DNA from: Eledone cirrhosa
Lineage: Eukaryota
Length of the DNA: 64,000 nucleotides
Direction of reading: 5' to 3'
Assembly: GCA_964016885.1 (NCBI GenBank)
Contig: OZ024741.1
Coordinates: forward strand, 181,722,001 to 181,786,000
This document shows, piece after piece, positions 1 to 13,744 of the stretch (position 1 is the first letter of the stretch; each line of letters opens with the position of its first letter). The position numbers and the translations under genes were made by a program. The notes below the pieces were generated by a model, which was given only the letters and a program-made list of their open reading frames with translations, searched no databases and was not told the DNA's origin.

Positions 1-343
1 AGTGAGGTTAATCGGGCATATATTAAACTTATCATTCAAGTATACCACAGAGGAATGTAAACTCAAAATGATAAGAGCCGGAACAAAAAACCGCATGGCT
101 CTAACATCCGAGGCTCTAACAATTCCTGCAATACATTACCTTGAACTAGTACATTATTTCATCGACCTCAAATGAACGTAAGGCAAAGCTGATATTAGCA
201 GGACTTGAATTCATAGTGTAGTGAGCAGAAAAATATAGCGTATGTTATTTTGTCTTTCATGGACATTGAACTATTGATTAAGTTGTCGGTCATTAAGCAG
301 AGGCATACATCCTCCAGCCATACAGTCAATGTCATCCAGAGAA

Positions 344-421
<78 letters not shown>

Positions 422-436
422 TTCATTATACATATT

Positions 437-502
437 TATTTCATTATACATATTTCAAGGGCCAAAAGAGCAAACTATGGTGCGCTTTCATCAGATAAAA
501 TA
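437..502 (-). ncRNA. Type I hammerhead ribozyme motif in an inverted-repeat mini-element
   Basis: Minus strand: tattttat-CTGATGA-aagcgcacca..tggccctt-GAAA-tatgta-TA-atgaaata. The inverted partner at 574-631 (+) has the same core but no paired stem I. Confidence 0.7.
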
Positions 503-673
503 TAATATAGGTTAGTTTTATAAATAAATATTGACATACCCTTAAAAAAGGCAACCATTCTGGTTGGAATCTCCTGATGAAAGCGCACCATAGTTTGCTC
601 TGGTGGCCCTTGAAATATGTATAATGAAATAAATATGGTTTTATAAATATAGTTTCCATTTGTTAATATATTG

Positions 674-727
<54 letters not shown>

Positions 728-829
728 GGGGAGAGAGAGAGAGAGGAGAGAGAGTGAGAGAGAGAGAGAGAAAGGACAGAGAGAGGGGAGAGAGAGTGTG
801 AGAGAGTGTGAGGGAGAGTGTGAGGGAGA

Positions 830-920
<91 letters not shown>

Positions 921-1457
921 GCAATCAAGGGAAGAATCAATCCGAATACCGGATCTAGAAAGGATGAAAGATAAAACTTGATGGGATTTAAACTCAGAGT
1001 GTAGAGGCCAGGAATAGATACCGCAAAGCAAGCTACCCGTTCCAACGACTTTGTCAATTCTTCACATTGAAAACATTACTCTTCCGCTACTCTGTTGAGG
1101 CACGTTAGTCTTCCTACTTTAAATTCGATTCTAGATGAAAATATCCATTTACCAAACATAAAAATATTTTTGTTCAGATTCTAGATACTTCCAACACTTA
1201 CGTGAATGTGTTTTGAGAGTTTAGATGTTTTGTTTTTGTACATAAACAAATAATACATATTTATGGCCCACCATGGCATCGCCATCAGTGTTGACAGACG
1301 CATACATGTAAACACACACCCCCCCACACACACACGCACCCCCCCCACACATATATATATATATATGTATATACACGAGATTATTGCAGAAGACATATAC
1401 ATATACAAACCGGGAAATTCAGTGATAATCCGGAGTAAACTATTACTATTAATAACA

Positions 1458-1640
1458 TTGGCAGTATCAGTAGAGGGTCGGACGCCATGCTTTGACGCAT
1501 AGAGTTACGCCCCTTTCCATTCTGAGTTCAAACCCCGCCGAGGTTAACTTTGTCTTTCATCCTTACGGGGTCGATAAAATAAAGTACTAGTAATGCACTG
1601 GTGAATTGCTGGCCTTGTGCCAAAAGTAGAAACAATTAAT
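1458..1640 (+). mobile_element. tRNA-derived SINE (octopus-type family)
   Basis: B-box-like gagttcaaacc, core gaggttaactttg..catccttacggggtcgataaaataaagtac, 3' end ccttgtgccaaaagtagaaac. Many copies in the window. Confidence 0.85.
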
Positions 1641-2632
1641 AACAAATATTATATTAACTCTATATACAATATATGAACCCTTCATTCAGTTCATGTTTAG
1701 CGGTCTTATTAACACAAAACGAGTATATGCATACGTACATACATACAATTGCGGACTGGGTCTAAAAATATTGGTTGCCAGGATGTGAGGGGGGGGGGCA
1801 CCTACATATATAATGCTATCATTTAATTTTTATAATGAATAAATAACATTTTCGAAAAATACATAAGTGGAAAAAAAAAACAAAACAGAGCAATCAAATT
1901 TTTACCTTCTCCAATAAAAAGTAATTTGTATTTTAGCGAAATCCAGAAACTTTCAATAATGACCAGAAGTGAACCCTAAATATTACTAATAGTTTTAGGA
2001 AAGCCATGAATGATACCACATCTTTTTAACTTTGATTTTGAAAGTAGATTTATAATTATCAACTTTGTAGCTGTTTCGGTGACCTAGTTGGAGGAATTAT
2101 AGTCAGTGGTGATCCTGATCTGAAGTTCGATTCTGGTCAGAAGTAGGGTTCCCAGTAAACTTTTTCAGTTTTTCTATGGGTTGTAAAATAAGAAAAGGTT
2201 ACATGTACCTCTTGACCAGGATTGAACTCAAAGCCAGGATCTCCACCATTTCTAGTACCTGCCGCTACGCCACAGATACAAGAACGAAAATCTTGTGAAA
2301 ATTCATACTTATAAACCTACTTTCAAAACGTGGTGTCGTTCATGTATTTCTTAATGTTGATGCTCCTACTTAAGGTCGACTTCTAAATCATTTGGGTGTT
2401 CCATAAACTACATCTTCGTTTTGTTTCACATCTATCTAGACTATATTTTAACCTGTAATCCATGTTTCATTTTTGTTCCACTTCATTTCTCTCTCTCTCT
2501 CTCTCTCCTTTTCTCTCTGTGATATTTGAACCTACTATGATTTGGGCTAATTTGTTCATATATATATGTTTTTGCATGTCAGATTCAAACTTACATTGAT
2601 TGACATTATATATATATAGATATATATATGTA

Positions 2633-2827
2633 CAGTGGCGGACTGGGTCTAAAAAGCAAGATGTAGGGGGCCCACCTACATATAGAATGCTATCATTTAA
2701 TTTTTATAGTGAATAAATCACATTTTCAAAAAATACATAAGTGCAATCAAGTTTTTGCTGAAGAATATCTTACATTTTCCAATAAAAAAAATGTATTTTG
2801 CGAAATCCAGAGACTTTCACACTTTCT

Positions 2828-2862
<35 letters not shown>

Positions 2863-3102
2863 CGATATTAAATAAATGGAAACTATATTTATAAAACCAT
2901 ATTTATTTCATTATACATATTTCAGGGATATCATATTAAAAATATGTTATGCCTTCCTCAGACAAAATACAATATAAACAGTCTTATAAATAGATAGATT
3001 CGACATACCTTTCAACTTCGACTTCTATTTAGTAGATTTGAGTGCTTTTATATCAGTTATAAATATTTACTCGTTGTTAACCCAACAATTTAAATAAAAC
3101 TT

Positions 3103-3167
<65 letters not shown>

Positions 3168-3366
3168 AAATTTCGCTCTACGTGTCTACGTGGCTGGATA
3201 CAATAAATGTAATCTGAGTTTTTCGAATATTAATAATAACATTCGAATATTAATAATAACATTCGATAACACTGCAGTGCTACTATGGGCTCTAGCAATG
3301 CTACAGTGCCCCCACTGGGGCCCACTTGCCATTGGGCATCCTGGCAACCTGGCCAGTCCACAACTG
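2633..3366. mobile_element. hAT-like non-autonomous DNA element (MITE) with an internal PLE-like fragment
   Basis: Termini CAGTGGCGGACTGG / CCAGTCCACAACTG match as inverted repeats (12/14). A partial second left end lies at about 1745-1960. No clear TSD. Confidence 0.5.
2904..2969 (-). ncRNA. Type I hammerhead ribozyme motif
   Basis: tattttgt-CTGAGGA-aggcataacatatt/aatatgatatccct-GAAA-tatgta-TA-atgaaata. Flanks are homologous to the 437-670 element. Confidence 0.7.
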
Positions 3367-3829
3367 CATACATACATATAAACATACACTCACATACACA
3401 GCATACACCCATATGCACATACACACAAAAGGGCACACATACACACGCATGCATATATATAAATATATATATATATATATGTATTTTTTCCCTTTCATTT
3501 CATCAGGGTAATATCATTCCTTAGGATGAGTACCTCCCTTGACTGCCCTCAGTGACATCGTTCAGGGGCCAGTATTGGCCAGCCACGTCCCAAATAATAA
3601 GTGAAGACGTTCTCTATCTCATTCTTGGTCCAGTCCACTCTGTAAATCCTATGATCTTGTGTTGGGACTTGAGAGTTGCTGAGGACTGAGGCCCCTTAGT
3701 TGATGACTGACATGGCCCAGAGGATTTGCTATATGTACCACACTAGGAACTGCGGGTAGGCAAGGATAAACGCATGCATATACACACACACATATATGCA
3801 TACATGTGTATACATACGCACTATTGATT

Positions 3830-4000
3830 GGCGTTGATTATCACTAGTTCATCTGTCCTTTGTCGGGTTTGGTTTTTGTCCTGCAGGTTGTCCAAAATCA
3901 CCTTCTTTTCCAACAACGCTTGGCGATGTTGCCAGTTTAATCGCCGACCACCCGACCATGAAGCAAGTTGTATTGGTTTATGTTACCAGTAGCGCTCAAG
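3830..4000 (-). mobile_element. LINE (probably RTE-type) 5' region fragment
   Basis: Homologous to 18800-18960 (+): catggtcgggt.gtcggcgattaaac.ggcaac..gtgattttggaca..ctgcaggacaaaaa. Clade assignment is from recall. Confidence 0.45.
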
Positions 4001-4046
4001 ACCGACCTGACATAAAACACACACACACACACACAAACGCACGGAC

Positions 4047-4074
<28 letters not shown>

Positions 4075-4081
<7 letters not shown>

Positions 4082-4296
4082 AAGAAAGAAGAGTAACATG
4101 GTTGGCTGTATAATAAGGGCTTTATTCAAATTGCTGACAATTGTTTCGTTGATCTGTTGCGTCTAGAGTTCGCTAATCGCTTGATATCAAGCGATTAGCG
4201 AACTCTAGACGCAACAGATCAACGAAACAATTGTCAGCAATTTGAATAAAGTCCTTATTGTACAGCCAACCATGTTACTCTTCTTTCTTTAACTAT
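4075..4296. repeat. Near-perfect 222-bp palindrome with no spacer
   Basis: Centre ttgat|atcaa at 4185/4186, arms about 111 bp with 2 mismatches. Each arm carries the HHR 3' half GAAA-caattg-TC-agca. Confidence 0.9.
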
Positions 4297-4460
4297 TATT
4301 ACTCCAAGTATAACCTGCATAGAAACTACCGCGAACTCGCTGCATCACTATGGAAGCATCTTGTTGAGTAAAAGTAAGCCGCACGTTAAAACCATTCACA
4401 ACACGGAGTACTCTAACCGGACTACCTCTAAGTGGATCACTATAACGATAACTTGTTATC

Positions 4461-4506
<46 letters not shown>

Positions 4507-4587
4507 CCCCAAATAATAGTAGCGCGCCCATGGCCTTTTATCTATCAAAAGGCCATGAGGAAAAGAAGTGATAGTGAGAGAGAAGAG

Positions 4588-4650
<63 letters not shown>

Positions 4651-4783
4651 AATAATTGGTGTGCGATGCTTATAGCGTCTGTAAACGATAGGCCGTTTGA
4701 ACACTCAATGCTCTTACAGAGCAGAGTATGATATCACATAAGAAACGGAGAATCAGTGTTGCGACAAATAACATTTATCAGAT

Positions 4784-4872
4784 ATATTACAATCGTTTCT
4801 CTAGCGACCAGCTCGAGGCACGATCGATGTAATGATCGAACCTGACTCTGAAATCGCAAGGTCGTCACATAC
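4784..4872 (-). ncRNA. Degenerate long-stem-II hammerhead motif
   Basis: gtat-GTGACGA-ccttgcgatt..ggtcgctaga-GAAA-cgattg-TA-atat; core C3 is replaced by G. Confidence 0.45.
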
Positions 4873-5353
4873 GTCTCGATTCTTCGAAGCAGAGTTTCCA
4901 AATGTCCAGTTACACTCGCGGCCCTCTCTCAGCAGCTTAGATCCTGTTGTTGTCATTCTATGAGTGGTCAAGAATTATACACGCCATCGGTATTTTTGGC
5001 CACTCCTATATTTGGTTCCTTTCATTACCCACCTGTTAATTTAAGTTCTTTCTTAAATCGGAATTACTACTGTAGGAGGTAAGGGGTTGTATGATTGAAC
5101 CGTTCGCGCCCTGTCGCTTCCCTCTCAACGTCTAGTCGCCCCCACCCATGTCCATGTTTCGCGCAGGCGTGATTCATACGGGTACTTATACACCCGCAAC
5201 TGTATTATATGCGACAATCACAGTAAATATTGAATGTGAAGCGAATACTTATAAACAATTAAAAAAAGAATGGAAAAACATTTAACAGAACGTTTCAGAA
5301 AAACCGACCTTAAAAAACACACATCCTTATAAATACCTTAAAAATACCTTATA

Positions 5354-5857
<504 letters not shown>

Positions 5858-6175
5858 ATTTTGTTTGTTCACCCTAACGTCCCCTTTATTTACGTGTCCC
5901 AACGACTTTTTTTAGCCGTTGTTCGCACCAACCTGAGGTATATGGCCCTTAAAGCGATGAAATGCCTGGGACGGTTGGAGGGTCACTGATGAAGGACTTA
6001 CTTTTTCATATATATATATATACATAGAATTAAAATACTAGAGTGTGTTGGAGTTAAACACCCTCGTCGTATTATAGAAATGACAGTATAAGATATAGCT
6101 CAATGTAATTAAACAGAGCCGAAGAATTATAAAAAATAAACAAAGAAACCTTCAATACATCAAAAGTCTTTATTA

Positions 6176-6216
6176 GCCGACAATGTTTCGTCCTATTAAT
6201 AAGGACTCATCAGGGC
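6176..6216 (-). ncRNA. Minimal type I hammerhead ribozyme
   Basis: gcc-CTGATGA-gtcct-tattaat-aggac-GAAA-cattg-TC-ggc. Confidence 0.85.
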
Positions 6217-7737
6217 AAGTAAAGCTACAAGAAGCACTAACAGCCAATACAAGCCATATTCTTTTGGCTACCATACCCTATCTATCTTCTTAAGCATTAT
6301 TATAGTTTCACTACTAACACCTTATGAGTTTATATCTTATTAAATACTTTGTTTGGAGTCTCATTCATCTAATACTAATGAACCTCCTCCTCTACACACT
6401 TAATATTCGCCCCTTCTATTATACTATATATAAATTTCACCTTTATGCTCCTTTTTATGATATTATATAATATATTGATTTTACTTTTATGCTCCTTCCT
6501 ATCCTCCATAACCTCTCTTCTTTCTGTTCCCATTGGTCTACCATAGTTCTATTTAGAGTCCTTTTATTTGATAACGTTATTCGACTGAACGGAGCATATT
6601 TTATTCTATTCTTGATAGTTTTATTGAGATATCTTAAACTTATACGATTTTGATGACTTAAACCCTAGTCAATTTTGAAGTGACTAAATATGTATTTTAA
6701 ATACTTTTAATATTAATTAATTTAATTAGGTTTTCTATTCAATTCTCCGGTTTACATTTCTATCTTTTTTTCTTTTACTTAACCGCATGTGACACCTAAG
6801 TAAATATACTTGTTTTCGATCTTCGTTTTATTTTATTTATTTTTTTACTACCACACGCTGTCTGTCTGATTCATGTAATTTCATTTATATGTCTGTGTAT
6901 GTCAACCACGTAAATATATATCTTAAGCATTTCCTTAGACTCTGTTTGCTATTTGATATTAACGTTGTTATATCATATCATTTTTATGTAATCGTATTAT
7001 AGATTTTAATATATGTCTGTTATTTGAGGTACAGTTTTGTTATATTCTGTAATATTTTGTAATATTTTGGTAATATTTATGCCAATGTAAAATGCCTTGA
7101 ACTCCGTGTATTTGTTGCAATGGTATAGATATTTTTTCAACACAATTTAGTTCTATATGATATTTTTTTCATACCCTGTGTAATTTTGTATATCTTTTGA
7201 TGCCAATATATTATAATATTGTTATTATAATGTTATTATAATGTTTTTATATTGTTTATGCACACTGACAGGGGATTATATATTATATTTTATTTTTATT
7301 TTTATCCTTATTCTTATTTTTATTTTTATTATATTATATTGTAACCAAAATATATATATATATATATTTAAATACTTAATAAGTGTTAGTTTGTGTTTGT
7401 ACTAATGTATATATATATGTATATATATATATATATATACATATATTAAGCTTTTTATTATCACCATCCATTATATTATATTCTATATCGTACGGTAATT
7501 CTCGCATTATATTACCATTCGTGTTTCAAGTTTTTGCATTATACAGTATTTACAATGTGGGTTCAACATGTTACTCACTTCCTTGCTATTTGGTCTATAT
7601 CTATATTTGTAACTGCTCACTCTTAATCTTAGCAAACCTTTCCTTGATATCTTTCCTAAGCTTTAATAGATGTAAACTCTCTATTCTTCTGAGCTTTTGG
7701 CTTGTATTGGCCGTTAGTGCTTCTTGTAGCTTTACTT

Positions 7738-7778
7738 GCCCTGATGAGTCCTTATTAACAGGACGAAACATTGTCGGC
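7738..7778 (+). ncRNA. Minimal type I hammerhead ribozyme
   Basis: gcc-CTGATGA-gtcct-tattaac-aggac-GAAA-cattg-TC-ggc. Confidence 0.85.
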
Positions 7779-7838
7779 TAATAAAGACTTTTGATGTATT
7801 GAAGCCTTCTTTGTTTATTTTTTATAATATATATATAC

Positions 7839-7922
<84 letters not shown>

Positions 7923-7984
7923 ATACTTTGGGAGGGTCATGTTGCCAATAAGAAACACACGCACCAAATGCTTCACTTCACTTC

Positions 7985-8885
7985 AATTAACGGGATCTTC
8001 TGAAACTACCAAAGTCAATCTGTAAACGCAGAAGTAGATATTTCAAAAAACGTTGCAACCGGAGGAAGACAGGAAGACGATACTTTGGTTCGTGGAAACG
8101 TTCCCTGGCAAAGAACGGGAAAAAACGAATATAATACGTCATTAATAGGAGCGGTGGAAAACAATTACGCGCAAAGACAGAACCACGTTTATGGTATAAA
8201 AGAAGTCGTAGACTAATGTTCTTTTAGGTGGTTCATAGTGACGTTCTCTGGCAATTAACGGTAAAAACGAAGATAATACGTCATATGTGGACCGTGGAGA
8301 ACAATTGCACGCAAAGACAAAACCACGTAAATGGTATAGCTGAAGTCGTAGACTAAATTTCTAACTAGGAAACCGAATGAATCTCCGCTTCAGAAGTTAA
8401 GAATAAAGTAAATAAAATACAATACAGAGGTAATAGAAATTAAATAAATACATACACGCATGCAAAAACGTACATACACGAGCATACGCGAAAACACTTG
8501 CCATAGGTATACAAAACCACGCACATATAAATATGTGTGTGTGTGTGAGTGTATACAAATAAATAAATAATTAAATAAACGTATATAAATAAATAAATAC
8601 GTATATAACAAGCGCACACAAATACCTACATGTAAATACACAAATGTTTCGAGACGTAGGTCAACCAAAACATGAAGTACACATATACACACACCCTACA
8701 TACGTACGAACCTGCATACTCACACAGACGCAAAACTGCCGTATACACATAACCAAACCATATGTACCAGAATATATAAAAAATTATACGCCATAACATA
8801 TACAATCAAATATACGTACGAGAAAGTATACGTACCTTCACAAAACATACAGGTAATATATACTTACATATGCAAATAAGTAATG
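7985..8885 (-). mobile_element. Penelope-like element 3' UTR-only fragment
   Basis: Clearly homologous to 35095-35970, which directly follows a GIY-YIG ORF. A shorter copy lies at about 50380-50560. Confidence 0.7.
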
Positions 8886-8904
8886 GTATTATTATTATTA
8901 TTAT

Positions 8905-8975
<71 letters not shown>

Positions 8976-8978
8976 TAA

Positions 8979-9011
<33 letters not shown>

Positions 9012-9030
9012 TATATATATATATATGTAC

Positions 9031-9078
<48 letters not shown>

Positions 9079-9450
9079 GTATATATATATATATACACAC
9101 ACACCCACACACGCACACATATATATATATATTATATATATATATATACGATCTGTTCTGTAATCACCATTTTTTATGGATAGTCGTTGGTAATGTCTGT
9201 TAGCAAGTATCTAAAATAAATACTTTCGCGCTCTCTCATTCTCTTTCTTTCTTTCACTTTCTCTTTCTCTTTCTCTGTCTTTCTCTCTTTCCTTCTCCCT
9301 TTTTCTATTTCTTTCTCTTTTTCTTTCATTCTATTTCATTCCTTCACTTTCTCTAAGTATTGTACATATTCTTCTCTCCGTCTCTCATATCTTTCCCCAG
9401 ACTCTTATTTCTGCTTTTCTTCTTCTTCATAGACACATACTCAGGCACAG

Positions 9451-9521
<71 letters not shown>

Positions 9522-10027
9522 AAGAGGGAGAGAGAGAGAGGGAAATATTCACAGAAGCACATTCTCTTTCCATCTCTCTCTTTCTCTTTCTCTCTCTCTC
9601 TCACACATTGTTTTACTTTATCAGCCTGTAGTAGAGAATGAAGTGTGGGTTGAGAGAGAGAGAGAGAGAGAGAGGGAGATAGATAGAGAGAGGAGATAGT
9701 TGTGATAGCTGGTGGGAGAATGTGCTGGTAGTATAATTTTATGTAACCACTCACATTGCTTTTCGAAGAAGGTCGTTCACACATGATAAATTATTTTAAT
9801 TACATAGGCGATATCTACAATAGACTGATGTGCCCACTGAGAATTGCTTCATTTCAATTCTTCTACGAGCTAAACTAAAGAAATTCACTGCTATAATGAG
9901 TCCTTGTAACCCGTAGATAATTTATAAATGTATTCGATTTCTCATTTATAATACTGACTTCGAAGCTCATGGTTAGTAAATTTGGAGGAAGGGCAAACTT
10001 GATTAAACAAAACCCAGTACTTGACTG

Positions 10028-10580
10028 TTGGCAGTATCGGTAGAAGGTCGGACACCATGCTTTGACGCATAGAGTTACGGCCCTTGCCATTGTGAGTTCA
10101 AATCCCGCCGAGGTTAACTTTGCCTTTCATCCTTACGGGGTCGATAAAATAAAGTACCAGTAATGCACTGAGTATTTGCTGGACTTGTGCCAAAAGTAGA
10201 TCAATTATTTCATTGACCCCAGTAGGATGAGAGGCAAAGTTAATCTCAGTGAGATTTGAAGTAGAGAATGTAAAGGGTCAGAACAAATACCACAATTTCA
10301 TTTTATCCGATGCTTACCAATTCTACTAATACAGCACTGTTTTGTTTTCTAATTTAGGCTCAAAACCAGCAAATTTTGGAAAAGAGCAAAGTTGATTAAA
10401 TCAACCCCAGTACTTAACTAGTAATTTATATTATAAACCCAGGAGCATAAAAAGCACATTTGACTTCGACGAGATTTAAATTCAGAATGTTCAGGTTTCA
10501 AATCTCACCGAGGTCAACTTTGTCTTTAATCCTCTTGGAGTCGATAAAATGAAATACAAGTTCGGTACTGGGGTCGATAT
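10028..10580. mobile_element. SINE cluster: young + copy (10028-10210) followed by older - and + copies
   Basis: Same SINE core as 1458-1640. Confidence 0.8.
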
Positions 10581-10899
10581 AACATCATAAGTTTCCGTAA
10601 GGAACTGTAAACATTGTTAAAGTTTCATTGGTTTCTGTAAAACAATCTAAAAACTGCATATATTTTCTACACAGAACAAACAATTAGGAGTCATTCCAAA
10701 GATTATCTTCTAACTCCCCCAAAATATTCAACATGACCAATCTGAAATTTGAGGAGAAAGCGGAAGTCAGATGTCAATTTGTGTACTAGATGCTAGTAGC
10801 AATAACAACAAGTTGAATTTAGCCGTATGGATACAGAACTCACATCACAGACAGACAGAAACACAACATTACCCAGTTGTTATGGCTACAAAACTTAAC

Positions 10900-11280
10900 C
10901 GAGGCAAAACACAAAAGCAGCAACAATAACACCAAATACTCTATCATTACCACCACCACTGCTCTGTCACCTCCACCGCTATCACTCCACCACAGTTGCC
11001 GCCATTACTCTAGCACAAAAAATAAAAGCACACGGAGAAACTGTCACTACTAACGATGATTAGTCGAGTGACAACAATAACGCGTCAGCCTACTACAACA
11101 AAAGAAAACATTAACAACAAAAACAACATGAATCACCATGACAGTAGTAACAATATATATGATAATGACAGTAGTAACAAAGACAACAAAAACAACAACA
11201 ACAACAGAAACAACAGCAGTAGCAACAACAGCAACGGTATATACACTGCACGGGAAACATATAACCAAGAACATTAATAA
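10900..11280. repeat. Degenerate (AAC/ACC/AGC)n low-complexity tract
   Basis: Direct reading. Confidence 0.7.
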
Positions 11281-11349
11281 TAATTATTTCTACTTTTGGC
11301 ACAAGACCAGCAATTACCCAGTGCATTACTGGTACTTTTAATAATAATG

Positions 11350-13100
11350 CTGCGGAGTATAGAGAACTAGATTTTAAGGTCTGCGGGCCCCTTTGAGTTA
11401 TTCAAAACACCCTCTAGTGATAGCGTATTGACCCCCAACCTCCAGAAATATTGGTGGTTGTGGTACCTCAACAACACTAATCTCATTTTGAATGAAATGG
11501 AAAACTAACTGAATAGAAATAACAGCATAAATGATGTTGGAGACAATAATGCTGAAGGTGTCTCGACATGCAGGTGTCATGTGGGTGAGCAGCATGGACC
11601 CAGTCGCTACCCAATTACTGCCAGAACAGGATGGTCGAAGAATGTAGCTGTAACGGAGTGCTATATTTTGTGTAGGCCTGTCGATGATGTGGGGGAAGCC
11701 TATATGAGGTTACAGAAAATGAATGCACAATATGTGGTAGGAGAGACAACAATTGAAAGTGACGGAACAAAGAATATGTGACCAGATGCAGATCACCCCC
11801 TAAAAAAAAACGAAAAAAATAACAAGAAACAAAAACGGTTGGCTAACGGAGGTCGTGTTGGAAGAAATATGGAGAGATATATCTGTAAAGGTTACATCCG
11901 AGGATGAAGATCATGAGAGTGGTGAAATTGTGACGAAGAATGAGATTGAAAGATAGTCGATGGTCATTATCCTAGAGAAGAATGAAAGGAGTGAAAAGAA
12001 TAAGGAGATGATTAATGAGATTATTGAGATTATGAATGAGGATAATCTGAACTAACTAAAAGGACTGAATAAATTGACAAAAAGGGTGAACAAGGTACTG
12101 AAAGATAGAACGGAAAATATAGCTGATTCAAATTAACTTATTGTTGCTACAGTTGTGTTTGTTACTAGGAAGATAGGATTAGGAAATATATCGAATGGAA
12201 AAAAAGGGGAGGAACCAGGGTGAAAGAGATGAATTAGAGAGTCAACGAATTAAGTGGGAATATTATCATCTTAGAACGTAAAAAGCGAAGGGAAATAAAG
12301 AAGAATAAACATTTTGAAATAGAAAAGAAATAAATGTATAGAAGAAAACTATAAACGTCGTTATTGAGGAGTTGAAACAAAGGATGCAGGCCAAGGCGTC
12401 CAAACAAAGAAAATGTGAACAAACAACACAACATTGCAGAATCAATAGAATGTTCCAGCATGATCAGAAAAGAGTGTACCAAAACTTCTAGGGTAAAAGT
12501 AAGAAAGAAAGAGTGACTCTGGATGCAGAAGAAAGCAACGTGTTTTGGTCAAACATCTGGGATAATGAGGTACAGGATAATAAGCTGCATGGCTGAAGAA
12601 ATTGAGGGAAAATAAAACAAATGTGAAGAAAGGTAATTTTGAAATAATAACAGGAATGGTATGCATGCAAGAAAAAAAATCCCAATCAGAAAACCCCTGG
12701 GCCTGATGAGGTACAGGGCTTTTGGTTGACCTCTTTACATGAGCGAATCGCAGCTTAAATGAATGCCATGTTAAACAGCCATGCAGTGATACCTATATGA
12801 ATGACATCAGGTAGGATTGTGCTCTGTCAGAGGGACCCTGCCGTAATAGATCATTTTAGAACCATACCTTGCTTGCCGCTAATGTGGAAACTTATGACTG
12901 GAATCATCTCGGAGCTCGTGTGCTAGTTCCATGAGGAGAATGAAATTGTGCAAAAATTAAAAAAAACAAAAAAAAAAAAAACAGCAGGGGTACAAAAGAT
13001 CAACCTCTGATTAATAAAACAATTCTTGCAGATTGTAAACTGTAACTTAGCCATAGAGTAGGTGGACTATAAAAAAAGAATGCGACATGGTCCACCAGAG
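11350..13100 (+). mobile_element. Degraded R4/Dong-like non-LTR retrotransposon (N-terminus and RT start)
   Basis: Broken frames give WSKNVAVTECYILCRP, KTPGPDEVQGFWL..HERIAA, SGRIVLCQRD, FRTIPCLPLMWKLMTGII and DQ.LINKTILADCK. Starts after a short (TAA)n run. Confidence 0.65.
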
Positions 13101-13109
13101 TTGATGGAA

Positions 13110-13450
13110 TCTCTATCGATCCTACTCTCTGATTAGTAGAGGATTGCGAACGCTTGAAGACATTCCAGTTTCCAAGCGCTCTCACTCGGTCTTCGCTTTA
13201 CCCAGAACTGCAGCCCCGCTAAGGAGATAAACTAGGGAGAATTGGGTCTAGCGAATGATGACTACACCTGGTTACCGTCAAGAAAAAGCTGGAGATCTAG
13301 CCTCAGCGCTTGTTTGTGGATCTTCGGCCATGACATGTTCTGTTATCCACGCAGCGGGTGGTGACAGAAAAGGAAGCACCTGACAATTGGCTCGTGTCCC
13401 TTCCACAGAAAGTGAAAGAGCAAAATCTTCAGTGTAGTGAGAGTGTCTGT
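13110..13450 (-). mobile_element. Fragment of Tx1/L1-like ORF2 (post-RT region)
   Basis: Translates as DTLTTLKILLFHFLWKGHEPIVRCFLFCHHP..ALRLDLQLFLDGNQV..SLAGLQFWVK..AWKLECLQA, collinear with ETLTKMERALFQFLWKKRAPLVRRSICCQHP.. at about 43440-43750. Confidence 0.75.
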
Positions 13451-13744
13451 TATGTTAGTTACCTCGTCCAATGTTATGTCCATTTGGATATCTGGGCCAA
13501 ATCAGAACCCGTAGGATTATTGTTGTTATCATTGTTCGTGTTATTGCTGTTGCCATTTGTGTTGTGGTTCTTCTGAGTGTTACTGTTATTTTTGCTATTT
13601 GCTTCTGTTATATTTATTGTTGCATTTTTGGTGGTGTTCTTACTGATATTGTTGTTCATGTTGTTACTGTTGTTGTTGTCCATGTTCTTATTCTTTGTGT
13701 TTTCGCAGGTGTCTCTGTTGGTTTTAATTTTATTTTTGTTGTTA

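Larger units (their letters stand above)
6020..7828 (+). mobile_element. Non-coding PLE-derived element with inverted pseudo-LTR arms
   Basis: Arms 6126-6256 and 7698-7828 are inverted copies, each with an HHR. AT-rich interior; flanked by (TA)n. Confidence 0.7.

Noticed and set aside
5983-6010. CTGATGA-agga hammerhead 5' half
   Set aside because: Cut off by (TA)n; no GAAA or closing stems.
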